Positions 36,973-50,450 of a DNA stretch of 60,000 nucleotides are shown here, piece after piece (position 1 is the first letter of the stretch; the number at the start of each line of letters is the position of its first letter). Source of the stretch: Mobula hypostoma (taxonomy: Eukaryota). A program made the position numbers and the translations under genes. The stretch is from positions 149,546,001-149,606,000 of the forward strand of contig NC_086097.1 of the NCBI RefSeq assembly GCF_963921235.1. Reading direction: 5' to 3'. The notes under the pieces are model-generated. The model ran no database searches. It was not told the DNA's origin and worked only from the letters and a program-made list of their open reading frames with translations.

Positions 36973-37188
36973 GTGAGTGAATAAACAAATTCCATGAGAA
37001 TTCCGGCAAGCTATTGCTAACCATTAATGAGAACCCATACAGGAATTACCTGTATGGTAATACAGGTATGGTATGAGCATTCCTCTCTCAAATATTCTGT
37101 GAAAGTTATGCTCTTACTGCTAGTCAGTTCTATTTCCTATCACACATTTTCACCTGTACTGACAGATGATTATTTCTTGTCAATTCAG

Positions 37189-37408
37189 ATCCTTTGTTAT
37201 TAGAAACCCAGCCGCAGCTGACCTCTATATTAATTCCTGGTCATGGAATTCTGTTTGGGGAATCTCAAGATACCCGTGTTGGTGTGGAATGGAAGGCTGT
37301 AAATCGTTTCCTGGGAGTTCCATATGCAGCTCCGCCCACTGGCGAAGGCCGATTTAAGGCCCCAGCATCCTTTAACTGGACAGGACAATGGAATGCAACT
37401 TTCTACAG
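37189..37408 (+). CDS. TG: Thyroglobulin exon (exon 38 equivalent, start of ChEL domain)
   Basis: attcag|...|gtgagc, 220 bp, phase 1-2. Encodes ...GHGILFGESQDTRVGVEWKAVNRFLGVPYAAPPTGEGRFKAPASFNWTGQWNATFY. Confidence 0.97.
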
Positions 37409-37789
37409 GTGAGCAAAGCCTTACCTGTTGGTTATTTCATTTGTGGATTGAACATTACTTTATCAACAATACAGCTGGCAGCAATATATTGCTTGAACTT
37501 TGTCTAGTTCTGACGATTAATCTTCTAAAGGGTAATATTGCCCTTGAGAGGCAGTTAGCTGAATATGAGGAATAGATACAAAATGCTGAGCTTCTCTGGA
37601 AAATTATAAATTTGAAATGTTGAAGTTTGGGAAAAAAATGAGCCAGACAACTCGTTGAACAGTTAAATATTAAATGAAGGAAAGAGAAAAGGTCAATTTG
37701 TTATATGCAAAGAGTAATGTGATAAATTACCAGAGAAGTCTATCAAAATGTATCAATACTGGGTTCAGACATTTGTCTGCAAAAAAAAA

Positions 37790-38894
37790 AAAAAACAATT
37801 TTCTGGAGTAACTCAATCATTCAGGCAGATCTATGGAGGGAAATAGACATTCAATGTTTCAGGTCAAGACCTTTCAACATAAAAAGGTGAAGGGAAGAGG
37901 TGGAGAAGAACTACAAAGCAATAGGTGGTCCTGTGAGGAATGGTGGTAGGTAGATGGAGAAGAAAGAGTGGAAATAGTGACAAAAACTGTAAAGTTATAT
38001 GTGGAAATGACAAAGGGCTGAAAATAACAGTATCTGATAGGAGAGCAAGATGGAACATGGAACGAAGGGGAAGACAGACAGGTACATTGAAGGAGGAGAA
38101 CCGGCGGGATTAGTGTTTTGATGTTTGGCAGTGCAGTGAGTGCAGGATGGGAAAGAGACATACTGGTGGGACCAGAGTGGGTGTCAGGATATTGATTTGA
38201 TCATGACAACTGAAAAGAGGGTTAGAGAAGGTTTACTGAAAGCTGAATTTCTTGTTCCTGCCGTCGCACCGTAGATTACCTAGGCAGAATATGAACTGTC
38301 ATTCCTCCCACTTTACCCTGGCAGTGGAGGAACTTGAGAATAGACAGGCTGGTGTGGGAACAGGGAGAAGAATTAAATTGCTAGCAACATGGAACTCCAT
38401 ATGGCCATGCAGTTGAAGCGCAGATGTTCAGCAAAGTAGTCAGCCAGTTTGTGCTGGGTCTCATCAAAATAGAGGAGGCCATGTCAGGAGTACTGGATGG
38501 AATAACCAAGCCAATTGATTTGCATGCCATTCCTTGCTTTACTTGGAAAGGCTGTTTAGGGCTCTGGATACTAGTGAGGGAGGAGATATAGGGACAGTTT
38601 TACACTCCTACAGTTATAGGGTAAGATGTCTAGGGATGGGGAGCGATGGCTGGGATGGGATGAGGGCTGACAAAGTAGAAGGGGCTGGGAAGGGAAGATT
38701 TAGCTGGTGGAGGGATCACATTGGAACTGATGGAATGCGTAGTCTGGTGGCGTGATAGGCAAGGACCAGGGCATTTCTATCCCTATTCTGTCTTGGGAGA
38801 TGGAGTAAGAGCAGAAGTGCAGGGGAGTAGAGAAGATACAGTTGAGGACTCTATCAGTAACAACAGGCGAGAGGGAGGGCCTGCTTTTTGAAAA
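37790..38894 (-). mobile_element. Penelope-like relic (resumes at about 43070-43480 beyond the inserted CR1)
   Basis: Reverse-complement similarity to 1-733 and 35440-36330; terminal-repeat motifs at both outer ends. Confidence 0.55.
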
Positions 38895-41800
38895 TTCTTC
38901 AGCAGTTTGAACGCAGCACAACTGCGCAAGCGGTGTGGAGGTTGGCCAGTGAGAACAACGGCAAGAGTTTAAAAGGAAGACAGATTTACAGAGTGGGTGC
39001 TGGAGGAGCGGGCATTGGAGTAGTGGGAGACAGAGTAGGAAGACTTTGGCTCAACGGGGCTTCGGCGATAAATATTGTGGCCTAGTAGGTTATATGTTTA
39101 AAATAAAGACAGAGTATGTGTGTGAGGCTGGTTTTCTGTGCTCGGTGTCAGATGTGGGAAGTACTGGAGTCTCCCAGCCTCCTGGATGACCACATCTGCA
39201 CCTGGTGTGTCGAGCTGCAGCTCCTTAGAGACCACATTAGGGAACTGGAACTGGTGCTGCAGCTCGATGACCTTCGTCTGGTCAGGGAGAGTGAGGAGGT
39301 GATAGAGAGGAGCTATAAGCAGATAGTCACCCCGGGACCACAGGAGACAGAAAAATGGGTAATAGTCAGGAGAGGAATGGGCAAGAAGCAGGTACTAGAG
39401 AGTACCTGGGTGCTGTCCCCCTTAACAATAAGTATTCCTGCTTGAGTACTGTTGGGGGGGGGATGGCCTACCTGGGGGAAGTAACAGTGGTCATGCCTCT
39501 GGCACAGAGTCTGGCCCTGTGGCTCAGATGGGTAGGGAAAGGAAGAGGATGAGGATGGCAGCCGTGATAGGGGACTCTATAGTTAGGGGGTCAGAAAGGC
39601 AATTCTGTGGATGCAGGAAAGAAACACAGAATCGTTTGCCTCCCTGGTGCCAGGGTCCGGGATGTTTCTGATCGCGTCCACAATATCTTGAAGTGGGAAG
39701 GAGAACAGCCAGAGGTCGTGGTACATATTGGTACTAATTACACAGGTAGGAAAAGGGAGGAGATCCTGAAAAAAGACTACATGGAGTTAGGAAAGAAGTT
39801 GAGAAGCAGGACCTTAAAGGGAATAATCTTGGGACTACTGACTATGCCATGTGACATTGAGTATAGGAATAGAATGAGGTGGAAGATAGATGCGTGACTG
39901 AGGGATTGGAGCGGGAGGCAGGGATTCAGATTTCTGGATCATTGGGACCTCTTCTGGGGCAGGTGTGACCTGTACAAAAAGGATGGGTTGCACTTGAATC
40001 TGAGGGGGGACCAATATCCTGGCAGGAAGGTTTGCTAAGCCTATTGGGGAGAGCTTGAACTAGAATTGCTGGGCGGGGGGGGGGGGGTGTGGGAACCGAA
40101 CTAAAGTGACGGAGGAAAGGGAGGTTAGCTCACAAATAGAGAGTTTGGAGACAGTGCGAAAGGGAGGATAGGCAGGTGATAGAGAAGGGATGCACTCAGT
40201 CTGATGATTTGAGATGTGTCTATTTTAATGCAAGGAGCATTATGAATAAAGTGGATGAGTTTAGAGCATGGATCAGCAGTTGGAGCTATGATGTTGTGGC
40301 CATTACCGAGACTTGGACGGTGCAGGGGCAGGAATGGCTACTTCAAGTGCCAGGCATTAGATGTTTCAGAAAAGACAGGGAGGGAGGCAAAAGAGGAGGG
40401 GGCGTGGCACTGTTGTTCAGAGAAAGTGTCATGGCTGTAGAAAAGCAGGAAGAAGTCATGGAGGGGTTGTCTACGGAGTCTCTGCAGGTGGAAGTCAGGA
40501 ATAGGAAGGGGTCAATAACTCTACTGGGTGTTTTTTATAGACCACCCAATAGTAATAGGGACATCAAGGAGCAGATAGGGAGACAGATTCTGGAAAGGAG
40601 TAATAATAACAGGGTTGTTGTGGTGGGAGATTTTAATTACCCAAATATTGATTGGCATCTACCTAGAGTGAGGGGTTTAGATGGGGTGGAGTTTGTTAGG
40701 TGTCTTCAGGAAGGTTTATTGACACAATATGTAGATAAGCCTACAAGAGGAGAGACTACCTGATCTGGTATTGGGAAATGAACCTGGGTCAGGTGTCCGG
40801 TCTCTCAGTGGGAGAGCATTTTGGAGATGGTGATCACAATTCTATCTCCTTTACCATAGCATTGGAGAGAGATAGGAACAGACAAGTTAGGGAAACGTTT
40901 AATTTTAGTAAAGGGAACTATGAGGCTATCAGGCAGGAACTTGGAAGCATAAATTGGAAGCTGATGTTCCTAGGGAAACAGCGAAGAAATGTGGCAAATG
41001 TTCAGGGGATATTTGCATGGGGTTCTGAGAAGGTACGTTTCAATGAGACAGGGAAAGGACGGTAGGGTACAAGATCCATGGTGCACAAAGACTGTTGTAA
41101 ATCTAGTCAAGAAGAAAAGAGCTTACATAGGTAATGATAGGAATCTAGAAGATTATAAGGCAAGCAGGAAGGAGCTTGAGAATGAAATTAGGAGAACCAG
41201 AAGGGGCCATGAGAAGGCCTTGGTGAACAGGATTAAGGAAAACCCCAAGACATTCTACAAATGTGTGAAAAGCAAGAGGATAAGATTTGAGAGAATAGGA
41301 CCAATCGAGTGTGACAGTGGAAAAGTGTGTATGGAACAGGAGGAAATAGTGGAGGTACTTAATGAATACTTGGCTTCAGTATTCACTATGGGAAAAGGAT
41401 CTTGGTGATTGTAGGGATGACTTGCAGTGGACTGAAAAGCTTGAGAATGTAGATATTAAGAAAGAGGATGTATTGGAGCTTATGGAAAGCATCAAGTTGG
41501 ATAAGTCACTGGGACCAGACAGGGTGTACCCGAGGCTACTGTGGGAAGCGAGGGAGGAGATTGTGGAGCCTCTGGCAATGATCTTTGCATCATCAATGAG
41601 GACAGGAGAGGTTCCAGAAGATTGGAGATGTTGCTCCCTTATTCAAGAAAGGAAGAAGAGATAACCCAGGAAATTATAGTCCAGTGAGTCTTACTTCAGT
41701 GGTTGGTAAGTTGATGGAGAAGATCCTGAGAGGCAGGATTTATGAACATTTGGAGAGGCATAATATGATTAGGAATAGTCAGCATGGCTTTGTCAAAGGC

Positions 41801-43070
41801 AGGTTGTGCCTTACGAGCCTGATTGAATTTTTTGAGAATGTGAGAATTTTGAGAATAGCACATTGATGAAGGTAGAGCCGTAGATGTAGTGCATATGGAT
41901 TTTAGCAAGGCATTTGATAAGGTACCCCATGCAAGGCTTCTTGAGAAAGTAAGGAGGCATGGGATCCAAGGGGGCATTGCTTTATATATCCAGAACTGGC
42001 TTGCCCACAAAAGGCAGAGTGTTTGTAGATGGGTCATATTCTGCATAGAGGACGGTGACCAGTGGTGTGCCTCAGGGATCTGTTCTGGGACCCCTACTCT
42101 TGTGATTTTTATAAATGACCTGGATGAGAAATTGGAGGGATGGGTTAATAAATTTGCTGATGACACAAAGCTTGGGTGTGGTTTGGTAGTGTGGAGGGCT
42201 GTCAGAGGTTACAACGGGACATTGATAAGATGCAAAACTGGGCTGAGAAATGGCAGATGGAGTTCAACCCAGGTAAGTGTGAGGTGGTTCATTTTGGTAG
42301 GTCAAATATGATGGCAGAAAATAGTATTAATGGCAAGATTCTTGGCAGTTTGGAAGATCAGAGGGATCTTGGGGTCAGAGTCCATAGGACACTCAAAGCT
42401 GCTGTGTAGGTTTACTCTGTGGTTAAGAAGGCATACAGTGCATTAGCCTTAATCAATCGTGGGATTGACTTTAAGAGCCGAGAGGTAAAGTTGCAGCTAT
42501 ATACAACCCAGGTCAGACCTCACTTGGAGTACTGTGCTCCATTCTGGTCCCCTCATTATAGGAAGGATGTGGAAACTAGTGAAGGGGTACAGAGGAGATT
42601 TACAAGGATGTTGCCCGGATTGGGGAGCATGCCTTATGAGAATAGGTTGAGTGAACTTGACCTTTTCTCCTTGGAGCAATGGAGGATTAGAGGTGACTTG
42701 ATAGAGGTGTGCAAGATAATGAGAGGCATTGATCAAGTGGATAGTCAGAGGCTTTTCCCCAGGGCTGAATTGGCTAGCACAAGAGGGCTTGGAATTTAAG
42801 GTGCTTGGAAGCAGGTACAGAGGAGATGTCAGGGGTAAGTTTTTTTTTTATGCACAGAGTGGTAAGTGTGTGGAATGGGCTGCCAGTGGCGGTGGTGAAG
42901 GAGAAAACGATCGATTCTTTTTGAAGACTCCTGGATGGCTACATGGGACTTAGAAAAATAGAGGGCTATGGGTGAAGCCTAGGTAGTTCTAAGGTAGGGA
43001 CATGTTCGGCACAGCTTTGTGGGCCGAAGGGCCTGTATTGTGCTGTATGTTTTCTATGTTTCTATGTTTC
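38895..43070 (+). mobile_element. Near full-length CR1 LINE (ORF1 zinc finger/SGNH esterase plus ORF2 APE-RT), decayed
   Basis: ORF1: CARCQMWE..HICTWC, VIGDSIVRG, LPGARVRDV..VVVHIGTN. ORF2: FNARSIMNK..ITETW..VGDFN, DFSKAFDKVPH, KFADDTK. 3' tail (ttctatgt)n. Multiple frameshifts. Confidence 0.93.
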
Positions 43071-43685
43071 ATCTCAAGAACAAATGCAGTGGGAATGGAG
43101 GAACTGATAAAATAGGATGTTATCCTTAAATGTGATTGAGTAAGAGGAGGTGAAATCTAGGTAGTGTGGGAGTCAATGGGTTTTGTAGTAGATGTTGGTG
43201 AATAGTATGGCTCTTGACATGGAGCCAGAAAGATCAAGAAAGTGGAAAAAGATATTTGAACTAGCCTTATTTTTTGCCAGTTTGTGCATATGACCCTTTT
43301 CCTTCAACTTTCATATGCTGGCTATTTCCTCTCTATCTTTCAGTCCAGATGAAGTGTCTCAACCGAAAATGTTGACTGTCCATTTCCCTCCACAGATGCT
43401 TCCTGACCCATTTAGTTCTTCTATCTCTTGTGTTATTTTGTTTTTGCTTCAGATTCCAGCACCTGTAGTTTCATGTGTCTCCGTTAGACATTTGTCTGGC
43501 TACTTACTAGACAATAGGTATATTCAACACAATGTGAAAAAAAATAAGCCAAGGCAAATGGAAAATCAGGCAATTGTACAACAGGAAGCCAATTAAACAT
43601 TTATTATTTTTACACTGATCTAAAGTTAAAATTAGCTCCAAAACATTTCTAATAAGAGACTATATTCATTCCTCTTTTGTTTCAG

Positions 43686-43779
43686 GCCCAGTTGCCTGCA
43701 GCCAGGGAATGCAAAAGCAGTTTACTCCACTGTGGATGAAGACTGCCTCTATCTGAACATTTTTGTACCAAAAAGCACT
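43686..43779 (+). CDS. TG: Thyroglobulin exon (exon 39 equivalent)
   Basis: tttcag|...|gtaagt, 94 bp, phase 2-0. Encodes RPSCLQPGNAKAVYSTVDEDCLYLNIFVPKST (EDCLYLN carboxylesterase-family signature). Confidence 0.97.
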
Positions 43780-45321
43780 GTAAGTATTGATAATCTGGCT
43801 ATACAAAGGGGTTGCTGTGTCATTTCATGGTAGGTTTGTGCACAAAATTATAAATTTCAGTTGTTTCAGCAAGTGTAAGACCATGCACTAAAACAAATTC
43901 TTCTTTCCTGGGTAGGTAGATACTAGTTGGTAAAGAGTTTTAGCTTGCTCGATAGTTAGTATAGATGTTGAAAAACAGACCATTTATTTTTATTCTCAGA
44001 AGCAGAGAAACACATTTTTTTTCCGTGAACTGTGGTCATAGCTGACAAAGCCAAAATTTACTACCCTTTCCCATTTGTCCTCAAAAGATGGTGGAGGATT
44101 ACCTTCTTGAACTATTGGTTCTTTGGAATTGGTAATATACCAAATGACTTGCCAGGCTGCTGGAGATGAAGTTAAAATCAGTTAGTTAGGAGTCATTTGA
44201 ATGAGGATAGAACAATGCTGGCTTGAACTGATATTTTTCAGCAGTGTCAGCAGAGAATGGTGAGGAGCAGAAAACAGACAATTCCACAAAAGGAAAAGGA
44301 AAATTAAGCTATAAAGCAATTACTCAATTTTTCAATTCCTCAAAGCATTCCTGAAAAAAAAACTTTGAAATTTTCTAATTTTCTGGCAAAATGCATCATG
44401 TATCTACTCCGGTCTTTGCATGAAGACTGAAGTGATAGTGAAGTTCTGTGTGAAGAAATTCTTTGTGAATTGAAGATGTTCACCAGGGAATAGATGGCAT
44501 TATAGCAAAAAAAAAATTGTAAATTGAATGTTGATAAACTAAAGAATTCTGTAAGCCATTGTTTACCCATCAGCATACACTGGAAGCTGCAAGAACATAA
44601 ATTATGACATAGTGGATGTAAATCAGGGAGACCTTTTCGTCTTTTACGTTCAACAGATGATATAATCTCTAGTGGTCAGAAATGGAATTCAACTGATTTT
44701 TTCACTTTCCAATATAAAGTCACAACCTAGGTTTACAGGTATATCAAATCTCTTTATCAATCTATGCCCATCTTTCCTAAAACTCCATGGTTTTCCGCTT
44801 CCTGCCATAGTTAGGAAATGGCCTTAAGCAAAATGGCTATTTTTCTTGTAAGTTTTTAACCAGAGTTGTCAAATATCAGTTCTATTCCATCCTCTTCCTA
44901 TTTCTCTGTTGAACATTTGAGTCTTTTTGGAACTAATCTGGCCTTTCAAAAGATCAATGCAATGGTTAAAACAGTTTATCAAAAATGACTGAAAGTAGCG
45001 ACCCAGCCATAGAGATGAATTGATTCGGAGGCCACTGTAAGGGACTTAAGAACAACACTGTTTCCTTTGGCTGTACTTATGGAAATTCATGTATGGTTGG
45101 ATGACAATTAAACCTAAACTTGAACTTGCAGTAGAGGTTTTGGGTCAAAAGCTCTTATGGAAGCTGCATCACGGAAGACCCTAAACACCCACCAGGACAC
45201 CCAGCAAGTTGAATTTTCATTTGTCTTCGTATATAACCCCAGTGTCCTTGATAATATAGGTGAAGAGCAGGTCAGCCCCATTAGTTGAATCAATATGAAC
45301 ATCTCATAGACTCAGCAGTTT

Positions 45322-48040
45322 CATAAGAACTTAAGAAATAGGAGCAGGAGTAGGCCATCCGGCCCATCAAGCCTGCCCCACCGTTCAATAAGATCATGGC
45401 TGATCTGTCTGTAAACTCAGCTTCATCTAGCTGACTTTTCCCCATAACCCTTAATTTCCTTGCTATATAAAAATCTATCTAACTGTATCTTAAATATATT
45501 TAGTGAAGCAGCCTCAACTGCTTCCCTGGGCAGAGAATTCCACAGATTCACCACTCTCTGGGGGAAAAACCAGTTTCTCCTCATCTCCGTCCTAAATCTT
45601 CTCCCCTGAATCTTGAGGCATTGTCCCCTAGTTGTAGTCTCACCTACCAATGGAAACAGCTTTTCTAATTCTATTTTATCTATCCCTTTCAAAATTTTGT
45701 ATGTTTCTATAAGATCCCCTCTCATTCTTCTGAATTCCAGAGAGTAGTGTCCCAGGCGACTCAATCGTTCCTCATAGGTTAACCCCTTCATCCCTGGAAT
45801 CAACCTGGTGAACCTCCTCTGCACTGCCTCCAAAGCCAGTATATCCTTCTTCAAGTATGGAGGCCAGAACTACACACAGTACTCCAGGTGTGGCCTCACC
45901 AGTACCCTGTATAGTTGCAGCATGACCTCCCTGCTCTTGAATTTAATCCCTGCAGCAACGAAGGCCAATGTTCCGTTTGCCTTAATAACCTGTTGTAGCT
46001 GCAAGCCAACATTTTGCGATTCATGAACAAGTGCTCCCAAGTCCCTCTGCACAACAGCATGCTGCAATTTTTCACCATTTAAATAATAATCTGCTTTTTT
46101 ATTATTCCTTCCAAAGTGGATGATCTTGCATTTACCAACGTTGTATTCTATCTGCCAGACCTTGGCCCACTCACTTAACCTATCCACAAACGTATATCCG
46201 TCTGCAGACTCTTCACATCCTCTGCACAATTTGCTTTTCCACTCAGTTTAGTGTCATCAGCAAATTTTGCTACGCTACACTCAGTCCCCTCTTCCAAATC
46301 ATCAATGTACATGGTAAACAGCTGTGGGCCCACAACCGACCCCTGCGGCACCCCACTCACCACAGATTGCCAACCGGAGAAACACCCATTTATACTAACT
46401 CTCTGCATTCTGTTGTAAGTTTCCAATCCACTATCTATGCCAATACACTTCCTCCAACTCCATGCATCCGTATCTTATTTATAAGTCTATTGTGTGGCAC
46501 CTTATCGAATGCCCTCTGGAAATCCAAGTATATGATATCCACCTGTTCCCTTCTATCCACAGCACTCATTATGTCCTCAAAGAACTCCAGTAAGTTTGTG
46601 AAATAGGACCTGCCCTTTCCGAATCCATGCTGTGTCTGTCTAATGGAACCACTCCTTTCTAAATGTTTTGCTATTTCTTCCTTAATGACAGCTTCAAGCA
46701 TTTTCCCGACTACAGATGTTAAACTAACCGGTCTATTGTTGCCCATCTTTCGCCTACATCCGTTTTTTAAAAAAATGGCATGACTTTTGCTGTCTTCCAA
46801 TCCACCGGGACCTGCCCAGAGTCTAGTGAGTTTTGGTAAATGATTACCAATGCGTCTACTGTAACCTCCGCCAATTCCCTCAGTACCCTGGGATGCATCC
46901 CATCAGGACCATGGGACTTATCTACCTTCAGGTCCTGTAGTTTGCTCATCACTATCTCTTTAGTGACAGTGATTTTATCTCTGTCCTCACCTCCCATTTT
47001 GTCTATAACATCATTCTTTGGCATATTAGACGTGTCCTCCACCGTGAAGACCGACACAAAATAGTCATTCAATGCCTCAGCCATTTCCTTATCACCCAAT
47101 ATCAACTTCCCCTTATTGTCTTCCAAGGGCCCTATGTTGACTTTAGCCACCCTCTTCCGCTTTATATATTTATAAAAGCTTTTGCTATCTGTTTTTATAT
47201 TTTGTGCTAATTTACTTTCATACTCTATCTTCCCTTTCCTTACTTCTTGTTTAGTTGTTCTTTGTTGCTTTTTAAAGTTTTCCCGATCCTCCAGTCTCCC
47301 ACTACTCTTTGTGACTTTGTACACATGAACTTTTAATCTGATACTATCTTTTATTTCCTTAGCTATCCAAGGTTGGTTCTCCCCACACTTACTGTCCTTA
47401 CTTTTGACTGGAATATACTTTTGTTGAGCACTGTGAAAAATCTCTTTGAAAGTATTCCACTGTTCCTCAACTGTCCTACCAAATAGCCTGTCCTCCCAAT
47501 CCACATTAGCCAACTCCACCCTCATCCCATTGTAGTCTCCCTTGTTCAAGAATAATCACTAGTTTTAGATTTAACTGTTTCATCCACCATCTGTATGCAA
47601 AATTCAATCATAGTTTGATCACTCTTTCCATGAGGATCCCTGACTACAAGATCGTTAATCTTGCCTGTCTCATTGTACAGGACTAGATCTAAGATAACAT
47701 TTTCCCTTGTAGGTTCACTAACATGCTGCTCAAGAAAACCATCACAGATGCATTCTATGAAGTCCTCCTCAAGACTTCCTTGACCAACCTGATTCACCCA
47801 CTCTATGTGGAAATTAAAATCCCCCATGACAACTGCTGTTCTGTTCTTGCAAGCCTCTGTTATTTCTTGGTTAATCGCCTCTGCCACTGCAATATTTTTT
47901 ATTATGTGGCCTATAGACAACTTGCACCAGTGATTTTTTTTCCCCTCTACTATTCCTAATCTCTACCCAAATGACTCAACATTCTGCTCTGTAAATCTTA
48001 TATCATCTCTCACAATCGCCCTGATCTCATCCTTAATCAA
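45322..48040 (-). mobile_element. CR1 LINE ORF2 relic, 5'-truncated
   Basis: Minus-strand ORFs 47546-47920, 46767-47549, 46435-46800 (YLDFQRAFDKVPH), 46175-46426 (GVPQGSV, KFADDTK) and 45423-45854. Confidence 0.92.
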
Positions 48041-48345
48041 GTTTCATCTGGTTAACTCCTGTGTTTTCTTCGGGCCTCTCTCTTCTCCTGTGGCAACATG
48101 CACCCCTGTATAGATACAACGTGTCCACAGGAGAGGAATGCGTTTTGTATGGGATAAATCTCTTGTGATAATTTGTCAGCTGTTTGTTGACCAAAGGATC
48201 TTTAAACTTCCAGCCCTCATGTTCACACCCAATTATTTGAGTAGGTGGCTAAATCACTCTGATCCTCAGGAAAGGTTGTCCGCATGTTGCTGAAGACCCA
48301 GCAACACTTGTCAACGTCATAACCCTGATATTGTTTGTGTGACAG

Positions 48346-48505
48346 GTGGGGAACATCCCGGTCTTGATCTTCTTCCACAACAGTGCAGCAGATTACGAAG
48401 ATGGGAGACAAAGCAACATCGATGGATCCTACCTTGCATCGGCTGGAAACATTGTCATTGTGACAGCAAACTACAGGGTTGGAGTCTTTGGATTCTTAAG
48501 TGATG
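48346..48505 (+). CDS. TG: Thyroglobulin exon (exon 40 equivalent)
   Basis: gacag|...|gtaagc, 160 bp, phase 0-1. Encodes VGNIPVLIFFHNSAADYEDGRQSNIDGSYLASAGNIVIVTANYRVGVFGFLSD (TG-type FFHN in place of HGGG). Confidence 0.97.
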
Positions 48506-49431
48506 GTAAGCCATTCTGGCCTAGCTGTTTTACACCCCTGAGTGGAGAAGTAAAGTGGTACTTTTTTTTTGCTGAAAACATTGCTGTGTGGGTTTATAGG
48601 TGCAGACCCCCATGTACCTTAACAGTATGCATTGGGAGTCCAGATGGAAGGACATGACAGTGCAATTTTCAAAATAGAGTTATATGAAATACATGGCTAG
48701 AAGTCTTTTCTAATTGAAAATTGAACTCTCTTAACACTCTAATTCTTTATATGTCACAATGGTACTGCACCAATGACAAACATTTCAATACAGAAGGGTT
48801 CATTCTGCCAAAGCTATCTCAGGGTCAGATCTGCACATTCTGACTAACAGTTTTAGCTCAAAGTGCTAAGCTTTAAATTGAGGAGAAGATAGTATCTGCA
48901 AGGTTCTCAGAGCTAATTGCTTTGCAGCCGCAATTACTCTGTGTGAGTGTGGGAGTTCATCTATATTATCAAGGACATTGGGGTTATATACAAAGCCCAA
49001 TGAGAATCCAACTTGCTGGGTGTTCTGGTGGGTGTTTAGGGGTCTTCCCTACTGTAACACCCATACAAGCTTTTGAGCCAAACTCATCTGACCCTCTTCC
49101 ACATATTTAAGTATGGGTTTGAGCTTCAGGTGAGGGCAATGGCCATAACAGCATAGAGATGGATCTTGGGGCATTCTCATCTGACAAACTGCTACATAGG
49201 TGCACTCTCCTCACCTGATGTGCACGTGCGCGTACATGTATACACACACACACGCGCAGACACACACACACACCTGCACACAGATAAAAGCAAATTTACG
49301 GAGTGAGGTACAGTGCAACAGTGCCACTAGTATCAGTAAACAGTTTCCCCTCTTCTTTGCTGCAGCTTTAGAAGAGAAATGTTGAGAGAGAACTGGGGAA
49401 GTAAAAATTAAAATGATTTTCATGAATGCAG

Positions 49432-49628
49432 GTAGTGATGCAATCGCTGGTAATTGGGGCCTTTTGGATCAGATGGCTGCATTGCAGTGGCTGCGGTGGA
49501 ACATTGGTTACTTTGGTGGATCTCCATCAAGTGTCACGATTGCTGGGGACCGGAGTAATGCTGATATCACCAGCATGAACCTTATTGCAGTGACTGGCAG
49601 CAAACTTTTCCAACGAGCTTTGCTTCTG
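49432..49628 (+). CDS. TG: Thyroglobulin exon (exon 41 equivalent)
   Basis: atgcag|...|gtaaga, 197 bp, phase 1-0. Encodes GSDAIAGNWGLLDQMAALQWLRWNIGYFGGSPSSVTIAGDRSNADITSMNLIAVTGSKLFQRALLL; the catalytic GESAG is replaced by GDRSN. Confidence 0.96.
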
Positions 49629-49860
49629 GTAAGAGATCATTTTATCGGGGTCTTGAGAAAGGTTGGAATAATCTTCTGCTTAAATGGAATTCTTGATTTT
49701 TGTAACAAAATAGTTACTTCCATGAGATTTTTTTGTTTAAGATGGTTTGTCACACAAAGCCTCTTCTGCAGAATCAAAGGTGGAAATCATCAAGGCTGCA
49801 AAATTGCTGGAACTGCTCTTGTTTTTCCTTTGTTGGATGTGTTGTCAAAGGGGATCTCAG

Positions 49861-49920
49861 AAAATGATATATGTATATGAAACTATAAATAAAATGATAT
49901 ATGTATATGAAACTATAAAT
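49861..49920. repeat. Perfect 30-bp tandem duplication
   Basis: aaaatgatatatgtatatgaaactataaat occurs twice in tandem. Confidence 0.95.
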
Positions 49921-50090
49921 TAAGCATCAAAGTGAAAATACTAGAGAATTATCCCCTGAAATGCATTTAAAGATGGGTATTTAATACAGTTGCTGGCAAA
50001 AGCATCACTCTAAAAGAATCATGGATTTGAATCTAGAGAAATACTGACTTCCAGGCAATATTGTGATATTTTTCCAAGAGAAGGTGGTTA

Positions 50091-50450
50091 AATAGAAACA
50101 TAGAAAACCTACAGCACAATACAGGCCCTGTAGCCCACAATGCTGTGCCAAACATTTCCCGGCCTTAAAACTACCTAGGCTTACCCATAGCCCTCTATTT
50201 TTCTAAGCTCCATGTATCCATCCAGGAGTCTTTTAAAAGACCCTATCGTTTCCTCCTCCACCATCGCCGCCAGCAGCCCATTCCACGCACACACCACACT
50301 GTGTTTTTTAAAAAAAACTTACCCCTGACATCTCCTCTGTACCTACTTCCAAGCACCTTAAAACTATGCTCTCTCGTGCTAGCCATTTCAGCCCTGGGAA
50401 AAAGCCTCTGACTATTCACACAATCAATGCCTCTCATTATCTTGTACACC
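50091..50450 (-). mobile_element. CR1 3' end (same family as 38895-43070)
   Basis: Reverse complement of about 42710-43065 with high identity. Confidence 0.9.

Noticed and set aside
37189..49628. Carboxylesterase, acetylcholinesterase or neuroligin gene
   Set aside because: The exons continue in phase from TG type-3 repeat exons, have TG exon sizes, and show TG-specific FFHN and xDRxxA in place of HGG and GESAG. This is the TG ChEL domain.
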